NCBI GenBank assembly: GCA_038230375.1 | Contig: JBBRNJ010000124.1 | Span: forward strand, 1-17,907 | DNA length: 17,907 nt | Reading direction: 5' to 3' | From: Polyangiales bacterium | GTDB lineage: Bacteria; Myxococcota_A; Polyangia; Polyangiales; Polyangiaceae | Shown: in pieces, positions 7,263 to 13,561 of the stretch | Position numbering within the stretch: position 1 is the first letter of the stretch | Layout of the letters: each line of letters begins with the position of its first letter | Position numbers and translations under genes: made by a program | The notes under the pieces: generated by a model | The model's input: the letters and a program-made list of their open reading frames with translations, nothing else | Databases searched by the model: none | What the model was told of the DNA's origin: nothing

Positions 7263-7670
7263 TCAGGCCATCTTGACCCAGCCGAGCTCCTCGAGCGCGG
7301 TGACGACGTTCGGGAGCATCGTCCACTTCACGGCCTCCTCGCCGGGCGAGCCGCCGCTGAACGTGAGCAGCACGGCGAGCGCGAACTTGGGCTCCAGCTT
7401 GAAGTGCTGGCAGAGCGCCTTGGCATACTTGCCGTACTGGCTGTTGACCACGCTGTAGCTCGCAAGGGCCACGTTCGGGTGGTCCGCGAGCTCCCAGGGC
7501 GTGATGGTGTGCTCGGGCGCGTGGTAGTGGGCGCTGAGAATCTCACGGACGGTGGACCGTCCGCCGACGCTCCGCAGCGCCGGTTTGCACGCGAGAAACG
7601 CCTCCTTGTATGCCTCGGCGGTGGGCACGTCGGCTTCGGGGAGGTTGAACGGCTCGACAGGCTTCTCCAT
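7263..7670 (-). CDS. Hypothetical protein, probable stand-alone winged-helix-like domain
   Basis: Clean GC3-biased ORF. Motifs AHYHAPEHTIT-x-ELA, YSVVNSQYGK and W-x-M-x-P-x-V-x2-ALEELGW recall a domain seen N-terminal to HNH nucleases (recollection, not a search). ATG 7670 lies 8 nt after TGCTAGGGT. Confidence 0.7.
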   Translation of the reverse strand: MEKPVEPFNLPEADVPTAEAYKEAFLACKPALRSVGGRSTVREILSAHYHAPEHTITPWELADHPNVALASYSVVNSQYGKYAKALCQHFKLEPKFALAVLLTFSGGSPGEEAVKWTMLPNVVTALEELGWVKMA

Positions 7671-7770
7671 GGCGGGCCACCCTAGCACTCCCAAGCCCCG
7701 AAATGTCTGGGTGTTAAGGAGGGGTGGTCACCCTTGGTTCCAGCTCGATCGAGGGGGAGATTCGGCCCGC

Positions 7771-7784
7771 GGCACGGTTGATGC
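7771..7784 (+). promoter_or_regulatory. sigma54-like -24/-12 element upstream of the YggT-like gene
   Basis: GGCACGGTTGATGC (GG-N10-GC), 13 nt before ATG 7798. Confidence 0.6.
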
Positions 7785-7797
7785 TCCACGTTTCCGC

Positions 7798-8157
7798 ATG
7801 CACGTTGACACAGAGACTGGTCTTGTCCTCCACCGCGGCCTGATGGTCCGCTCCACCCTCGTCATCCGTGGGCTGCAGGTGCTCGCCGGGCTCTTTGGCG
7901 TGACGTACTTGCTGTTCGCGATGCGCTTCCTGCTCACGTACGTGGGCGCGAACCGCCACGCGGGATTCGCGCAGTTCGTGTGGGATTGCACCGCGCCGCT
8001 CTACACGCCCTTCCGGTGGCTCCTTCACTCGGGCGACGATGGCGCGGGTCACCCAGTGGAGTGGTCGCTGCTCGTGGCCATCGCAGCCTACGGCGTGCTT
8101 CACGCCCTCTTGCGCAAGCTGGTGCTGGTCATCGGGCGCCCTCGCACCGACGCTTGA
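7798..8157 (+). CDS. YggT family membrane protein
   Basis: LLFAMRFLLTYVGAN...FAQFVWDCTAPLYTPFR...EWSLLVAIAAY matches the YggT pattern (RFLL; T-x-P-L-x-x-PF). Start at ATG 7798. Confidence 0.8.
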   Translation: MHVDTETGLVLHRGLMVRSTLVIRGLQVLAGLFGVTYLLFAMRFLLTYVGANRHAGFAQFVWDCTAPLYTPFRWLLHSGDDGAGHPVEWSLLVAIAAYGVLHALLRKLVLVIGRPRTDA

Positions 8158-8214
8158 ACGGCCACGTGCGTGCCACACCGTGGCAAACCTGCGCGCGCCT
8201 GCGACCCATGCGCT

Positions 8215-8889
8215 TCAGCGTCGGCAGATGCTCGGTTGCTTCGCCATCCGCTTGCAGCGGTCTCGTGCCAGCGTCGCGGCTTCGGTGTTGCCGTCGGCGC
8301 TCTCTATCCGAGCCAGGTGCGCATAGGCGTGCGCGTTGCCCATCAGGTCGCCCACCGCGAGCCATCGCAGGTAGGGTGCGGCGACTGCATCGAAGCCCGA
8401 GCTGGCCATCACCTCCGCATAGTCGGCGACCAGTGATGGCTCCGGCGTGGCTCCACCCGTCTTGGCGTCCTCGAGCGCCCGCGTGATCAGTCCCTCCGCG
8501 ACGAAGAAGTCGTCCGTGGCCGCCGAGCCTGGGGTCGTGCGTCGGGGGTTCATGCGCACAGTGGCAAGGGCCCATATTCGCCGCATGCGCTGGACCAGCG
8601 CCTGATCCTGGTCGATCTCCGTCTTCGTCAGGTCGGAAGCGAGAGGTGCGGCGCCGATCGACATGATCATGCGGATGTGATGCTGCGCATCCAGGATCGC
8701 GCGCGCACGCGCCGGGTTACCGCCGGTCAGTGCCGCCTCCGCGCTCTGAACGAGCCGCACGTGCTTGTCGAGCTCCGCGCGCGTGACGTTGATGCAAGCG
8801 GCGGCATCGCGCGACGACAGAACAGGACCAAGCGAGAAAGCGATCACAAAAAATGCGAACACGACGAAGGGTCGCAGACGACGTGTCAT
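8215..8889 (-). CDS. Secreted hypothetical alpha-helical (TPR-like) protein
   Basis: Signal peptide MTRRLRPFVVFAFFVIAFSLG...DAAA, Ala-rich helical body, C-terminal Cys pair (RCKRMAKQPSIC). Confidence 0.7.
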   Translation of the reverse strand: MTRRLRPFVVFAFFVIAFSLGPVLSSRDAAACINVTRAELDKHVRLVQSAEAALTGGNPARARAILDAQHHIRMIMSIGAAPLASDLTKTEIDQDQALVQRMRRIWALATVRMNPRRTTPGSAATDDFFVAEGLITRALEDAKTGGATPEPSLVADYAEVMASSGFDAVAAPYLRWLAVGDLMGNAHAYAHLARIESADGNTEAATLARDRCKRMAKQPSICRR

Positions 8890-9034
8890 TCCAGTTCGAC
8901 CCGCAGGCCCCCTCTTCCTTTGTGAGCGCGGCCAACCCGCTCGGTGGCGCGACCGCGGTCAGCAAGGCCCCTGTCCGCGGCCACCCCAATCAAGCCACGC
9001 CCCTCCTCCCGCGCCCCCACGCCTGACGTCCACT

Positions 9035-9054
9035 TTTGCAAACATGCTTACAAA
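9035..9054. promoter_or_regulatory. AT-rich imperfect palindrome, candidate operator or enhancer
   Basis: TTTGCAAACATGCTTACAAA matches its reverse complement at 16/20 positions. It lies between the divergent 8889(-) gene and MarR. Confidence 0.55.
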
Positions 9055-9094
9055 TAGGCGCTCTCGCGGGAGGGGGATCGGAGGCGGGGCGGTG

Positions 9095-9108
9095 GGCATG
9101 GGGTCTGC
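9095..9108 (+). promoter_or_regulatory. sigma54-like -24/-12 element upstream of MarR
   Basis: GGCATGGGGTCTGC (GG-N10-GC), 13 nt before ATG 9122. Confidence 0.55.
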
Positions 9109-9121
9109 TTTGGGGCCGGGC

Positions 9122-9616
9122 ATGCATGCTGTCGCATTTGCTTTCAAGCGCGCTCATCTGCGGACGACCGAGATGGCTCGGCGTTGTGTGCGTCGGTTCG
9201 GGATCACGCCCGCACGCTACGACGTGCTCTATGCCATCTTCAAAGGCCACGCGAAGCGGCAGCGCGATCTGTGGAGCATGTTTCACGTGTCTCGCACCAC
9301 GGTGTCGCGCATGGTTGCGGCGCTCGAGACGCTAGGGCTGGTCGAGCGGTCGCGTCCCGGCGGGAGGGCATCTCGCTCGATCTACCTGACCCGGAAAGGG
9401 GAGCGGTTGGTCGTAGAGGCCATCCGCGGTTGTCATCGCGCGATGCTTCTACTCTTCGAGTCGCTGTATCTGTCGGTTCGACATCGGCTCCACCGGGCGT
9501 GCAAGGTGGCCATGGAACTGGAGGATCCAATCTCGTGGGTGGCAAAGGAGTTCGGCGACCGCTCATGGTTCTCCTACCCGTACAACCACCCCGAGGATGT
9601 GGGCGGGCCCGGTTGA
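9122..9616 (+). CDS. MarR family winged-helix transcriptional regulator
   Basis: GITPARYDVLYAI...RQRDLWSMFHVSRTTVSRMVAALETLGLVERSR...RSIYLTRKGERLV is a MarR wHTH. Start ATG 9122. Confidence 0.85.
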   Translation: MHAVAFAFKRAHLRTTEMARRCVRRFGITPARYDVLYAIFKGHAKRQRDLWSMFHVSRTTVSRMVAALETLGLVERSRPGGRASRSIYLTRKGERLVVEAIRGCHRAMLLLFESLYLSVRHRLHRACKVAMELEDPISWVAKEFGDRSWFSYPYNHPEDVGGPG

Positions 9617-9651
9617 CGGAGTGCACGGTCTCGCGGCGAACCGAAGAGTCT

Positions 9652-10455
9652 TCAGCTGCGGTGATGGCTCTGCGTGCGCGGGGCCAGTCGCTCGACGATC
9701 TCTTCGCTGCCCGCGGTGCAGGCGAGCGTCTTCGGGCCAGCTCGGAAGAGGATCTCCGCCTTCTCCGGGCCGCGCATGGAGGTGACCACGCCGTTGCCGA
9801 ACTTCTCGTGCTTCACGAGATCGCCCGGCACGAGCGCGACGCTCACGCCGAATGCCTTGAAGTCCTCTGGCGCATGTCCCTGAAGCGCGCGGCGCCACGC
9901 TGCTTCTTCCGGGGTCTCCGGCCAACCCGGCGCCTCACCGGACACGCGCGTGGTCGCATCTTCCTTCTTCTGCCAGCCCTTCTCGAGCCCGCAGAACGAG
10001 GCAAGCACCTTCTGCACCGCGGGCGTGGCCTTCTCTCTGGCCATCGTGAGCGCGCCAAGCGTCATCAGCGCCGCACGGAGCTCCGCGGAAAAATCGTCCG
10101 GTGACTCGGAGCGCGTGGCGAGCTCGCCGAGCCGCACCAGCAGGTATGGACCCATCTCGGCGTCGACCAGATCCATGAACTGCGCGAGCAGCTGCGTGAA
10201 GCGCGGGCCCACGAGGAGAGCGAGGCCAGAATGCCGCCGATCAAGTGACGCAAGCGCGTCCTTCTTCGATCGCACCAGGTGCGGGGCGGGATCTTCGCCC
10301 ACGTCGTCCGTTCCAAACATCGCGAGCCAGAAGATAGGAACGAAGCCGTCAGCGGTGAACGCGCGACCGGGGTGCTCCGTGATCACGCGGAGCTCCTCCT
10401 CGGTTGCGGGAAGCTCGGGGAAGGGCGAAGAGCCCAGATACACCTTATGACCCAT
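9652..10455 (-). CDS. Hypothetical protein with C-terminal Tudor/SH3-like domain (PcrA/UvrD CTD-like)
   Basis: Start MGHKVYLG at 10455. C-terminal VPGDLVKHEKFGNGVVTSMRGPEKAEILFRAGPKTL fits the G-D-x-V-x-H-x-x-F-G-x-G-x-V pattern. Confidence 0.75.
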   Translation of the reverse strand: MGHKVYLGSSPFPELPATEEELRVITEHPGRAFTADGFVPIFWLAMFGTDDVGEDPAPHLVRSKKDALASLDRRHSGLALLVGPRFTQLLAQFMDLVDAEMGPYLLVRLGELATRSESPDDFSAELRAALMTLGALTMAREKATPAVQKVLASFCGLEKGWQKKEDATTRVSGEAPGWPETPEEAAWRRALQGHAPEDFKAFGVSVALVPGDLVKHEKFGNGVVTSMRGPEKAEILFRAGPKTLACTAGSEEIVERLAPRTQSHHRS

Positions 10456-10514
10456 GCTGCACCGTACATCATAGGGGGCCCCGCGTGTGTCACATTGCAT
10501 GCCATCGACGCCGT

Positions 10515-11393
10515 CTACTTGAGTGGCGGGACTTTCGGGACGCAGGTTGACTGCCCGGCCCCCGTGACCTTGAACGGAGCACTGCCAAGCTTCGTGGTCG
10601 TCTTCTTCACCGGATCGAAGGCGAAGATCACGTCGTTCTCGAACGCGTAGAACGAGCCGCCCCAGAACGCGAGCGCCTGGCTCCCCGTTCCGTTCGCGGT
10701 GATGTCGTCCTGGCTCACGATCGCCGCGTTCGCCGGATCCAGCCCGTACAGCGTGTGGCTCGTCGCGTCTCGCAGGAAGAACAGCTTTCCTTCGCCGTTC
10801 GTCGTCATGTCGCCCTCTGTCGACGCGACGGAGAGGACGGGGTCCACGAGCTTGCGCTCGCCGGTGGTCACGTCGAACGTGTAGAGCGTGACGGAGTTGT
10901 TCATCAGGTAGAGGAGATTGTCGGGTGCCTTCGTCGTGCCGATGAACGTCAGCGAGAAGTCCGCATAGGGAAGATCGGGCACCCAGGTGGGCACCGCCGC
11001 GCACGACGCATCGCCGGTGCTGGCCGTGTAGAGCTTGCCGCCTGCGACGACCCACGCGATGCCTCGTCGGTCCACAGTCATGTGCGTAGGCTGCGTGAGG
11101 CACGATAGCTTTCCCACGAGCGTGAACTTCTGCGTCGGCGGGTCGAAGCTGTGGAGCGTGTCTCCTTCGCCGGTGACGTAGACAAGCGTCGCCGCCCGCG
11201 AACAGCCCTCGGGGAGCCCCGCGTCCAGCAGCGCACCCGCGTCCAGGCTCGGGTCCGCCACCACGAACGGCGCGCCGCTATCGATGCCCGCATCCTCCAC
11301 GAACCCGGTGGAAAGGTTGCCCCGCGCGCACGCGACGCCGAGCATTGGCAGCATGAGCAGGCGCCATGAGCGCACGGGGAAGAACAGCCGCAC
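10515..11393 (-). CDS. Lipoprotein, probable beta-propeller (myxobacterial type)
   Basis: Lipobox LGVAC, DAG-rich linker, repeated blade motifs (LHSFDPPT, LYTFDVTTG, LYGLDPAN, IFAFDPVKK), C-terminal VTGAGQSTCVP. GTG start lies 6 nt after TGCTAGAAT. Confidence 0.8.
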   Translation of the reverse strand: MRLFFPVRSWRLLMLPMLGVACARGNLSTGFVEDAGIDSGAPFVVADPSLDAGALLDAGLPEGCSRAATLVYVTGEGDTLHSFDPPTQKFTLVGKLSCLTQPTHMTVDRRGIAWVVAGGKLYTASTGDASCAAVPTWVPDLPYADFSLTFIGTTKAPDNLLYLMNNSVTLYTFDVTTGERKLVDPVLSVASTEGDMTTNGEGKLFFLRDATSHTLYGLDPANAAIVSQDDITANGTGSQALAFWGGSFYAFENDVIFAFDPVKKTTTKLGSAPFKVTGAGQSTCVPKVPPLK

Positions 11394-11420
11394 TGCAGGA
11401 TTCTAGCAGGTCCGCAACGC

Positions 11421-11449
11421 TTGACCTTGCACTCGCTTCCTCCTACACC
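11421..11449 (+). promoter_or_regulatory. sigma70-like promoter for the extensin-like gene
   Basis: TTGACC-17 nt-TACACC, 9 nt before ATG 11459. Confidence 0.5.
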
Positions 11450-11458
11450 CGCCCTTAG

Positions 11459-12355
11459 ATGCGCCTGCTCGCTTCCACCCTCCTCGTTGTGTTTTGCCTT
11501 GGCTTCGGCCTGCTCGCCTGCAGCTCCGACGCTAGCTCGGACGGGACCAGCACCGCCGGCACCGACCCCGCCGCGGTCGATGGCACGGATGCCGGCTCGG
11601 GCAACACCGACCAGCCCACAGGCATGGGCACGGACGCGGGCCACGCGAAGGACGCGATGTCGGACGCTTCGGGACCCACGTGCCTGGAGAAGCTCACCAC
11701 GCTCGGCGTCCCATGGAAGGCCACCGCGGCGCGCGGCGTCGTGGACGCCGTCTTCGTGAAGGACCGCATCAACGGCGTGCTGTTCGCGTTCGAAGAGACC
11801 ACCACGCCGGCCTCCGATCCCATGGCGTGTGAGTTCGTGCTCGCGCTCCACCACTTCGCCGACTACCTCAAGTCGCTCAACATCGATCACGTCGGCACGC
11901 TGGGCTCGTACTGCTACCGCTGCTGCTGCGCATGGAGCACCACGAATGACTGCCGCGGCCTGACCGATCCGGAGCCCATGTGCGGCGCCAACGGCTACTC
12001 GAACCACTCGTGGGGTCGCGCCATCGACGTGCGATACGTCTACACCAAGGCCGGCAAGCGCTACGACATCAACGACCCGAAGACGTTCGTCATGAACACG
12101 AGCACCACGTCCGCCACCTGTGCGGCCGCTTCCACGCAGACGGGCGACAGCAAGTTCCTCTACGACCTCGTGTGCGGGGCTGCGCAGGCGCAGGTCTTCT
12201 CCACGCTCCTCACGCCGAACTTCAACTCGGCGCACCGCAATCACTTCCACCTCGACATCGGCCAGTCCGGACCGCCCAAGGGCTTCTCCGTGCAGAGCCG
12301 TCGCCTCCGCATCGACGTGGCGGATGGATACGACAACAGCTGCGGCGACGAATAG
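11459..12355 (+). CDS. Extensin-like C-terminal domain lipoprotein (LAS/M15-type Zn peptidase signature)
   Basis: Lipobox LLAC, DAG linker, LGSYCYR, SNHSWGRAIDV (H-x6-D), LTPNFNSAHRNHFHLD (H-x-H). Confidence 0.85.
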   Translation: MRLLASTLLVVFCLGFGLLACSSDASSDGTSTAGTDPAAVDGTDAGSGNTDQPTGMGTDAGHAKDAMSDASGPTCLEKLTTLGVPWKATAARGVVDAVFVKDRINGVLFAFEETTTPASDPMACEFVLALHHFADYLKSLNIDHVGTLGSYCYRCCCAWSTTNDCRGLTDPEPMCGANGYSNHSWGRAIDVRYVYTKAGKRYDINDPKTFVMNTSTTSATCAAASTQTGDSKFLYDLVCGAAQAQVFSTLLTPNFNSAHRNHFHLDIGQSGPPKGFSVQSRRLRIDVADGYDNSCGDE

Positions 12356-12403
12356 GCGTTTTGCGGCGCCGCCAGCGAACGAAAAGCTAGGTATCCTCTA
12401 GGC

Positions 12404-13492
12404 GTGCGTCGCGCGCTTCCTCTTCTGCTGATCCTCGTCACTCTGGGCTCGTGCAAGAGCATGTGCGGCGCGTCGGGCTCCGACGTCTCGTCCGGACCTG
12501 CTGCTGTGCCTGCCGCAGATCGGAAGGCGCTGGTGCATCACGTTGGTCGCTTCTTCGGCAAGGACGCGGAGGGCGTGACGTTCACGTATCCGAGCGCGCA
12601 GCTCCGCGCTCGTTTCTCCGGTACCAGTCTCGTCGCGAGGCTCGCGGACCCGCAGGGACAGAACCAGTTCTCCGTCATCGTCGACGGCGCGCCACCGGTG
12701 CTCCTCAGGATGAACCCGGTGCAGCGCGAGTACACAGTCGCGTCGGGCCTTGCGCCTGGCGAGCACGACATCGCGATCATTCGCCGCACGGAGACGTGGT
12801 TTGGCGCCACGCGGTTTGGTGGGTTCATCACGGAGCCCGGCGCCGCGCTCGTCGAGACGAAGGAGCCTTACGCGCGCACCATCGAGATCGTCGGCGACTC
12901 GATCTCGTGTGGGTACGGCGTGCACGGCACGAGCGCGAGCTGCTCGTTCTCGCCGGAGACCGAGGACTCCACTGTCGCGTACGGCGCGCTCACCGCCGCC
13001 ACGTTCGGCGCGGCGCACGTGGACCTCTGCTGGTCCGGCCGCGGCCTGCTCCGCAACAACGACGGCTCCACCACCGACACCATGCCGGAGCTCTACGACC
13101 GCGACTGGGATGAACCCCGATATGCCGCCGACGTGGTCGTCGTGAACCTGGGCACCAACGACTACTTCGCGGGCAGCGATCCAGGCGCGCCGTTCGAGAC
13201 CGCGTACGTCGCCTTCGTGAAGAGGCTGCGCGCGGTCCATCCGAACGCGTTTGTGATCTGCGGTATAGGATCCATGCTCACCGGCGCGGAAGCGGCGGCC
13301 GCGCGTGAGCACGTACAGAGCGTGGTGCGTTCCATCAACAAAGGCGGCGATGCGAAGGTCGCATTCGTCGACTGGGCACCGCAGGACCCTGCGGATGGTG
13401 TGGGATGCGGCAACCACCCGAACGAGAAGACCCAGAAGAAGATGGCCGATGTGCTCACGGCAAGGGTGAAGGAGCTGCTGCCCTCCTGGTAG
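12404..13492 (+). CDS. SGNH/GDSL hydrolase, carbohydrate esterase family 2-like lipoprotein
   Basis: Lipobox LGSC, N-terminal beta domain (VGRF...ARFSGTS...IIRRTE), GDSISCGYG, WSGRG, NLGTND, and GCGNHPN (CE2-type CxxH in place of DxxH). Confidence 0.9.
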   Translation: MRRALPLLLILVTLGSCKSMCGASGSDVSSGPAAVPAADRKALVHHVGRFFGKDAEGVTFTYPSAQLRARFSGTSLVARLADPQGQNQFSVIVDGAPPVLLRMNPVQREYTVASGLAPGEHDIAIIRRTETWFGATRFGGFITEPGAALVETKEPYARTIEIVGDSISCGYGVHGTSASCSFSPETEDSTVAYGALTAATFGAAHVDLCWSGRGLLRNNDGSTTDTMPELYDRDWDEPRYAADVVVVNLGTNDYFAGSDPGAPFETAYVAFVKRLRAVHPNAFVICGIGSMLTGAEAAAAREHVQSVVRSINKGGDAKVAFVDWAPQDPADGVGCGNHPNEKTQKKMADVLTARVKELLPSW

Positions 13493-13561
13493 GGGGTTGT
13501 AGGGCACTCTTGGGCAGTTGGTCGCCGGTTCGGATGGCCGGCCCTCTGCTATCATTCAATG

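Noticed and set aside
8161..8174. Fifth GG-N10-GC motif (minus strand GGCACGCACGTGGC) just after the YggT-like stop
   Set aside because: No start codon 13 nt downstream and it points antisense into yggT. It cannot be supported as a promoter, although an antisense RNA is not excluded.
10456..11103. Extension of the 9652 ORF to 11103 suggesting a fusion or frameshift
   Set aside because: Off-frame overlap with the propeller lipoprotein, which has its own intact stop at 10515.
12356..12390. Possible terminator after the extensin-like gene (GCGGCGCCGC palindrome)
   Set aside because: Stem too short and loop-less, with no properly placed U-tract.
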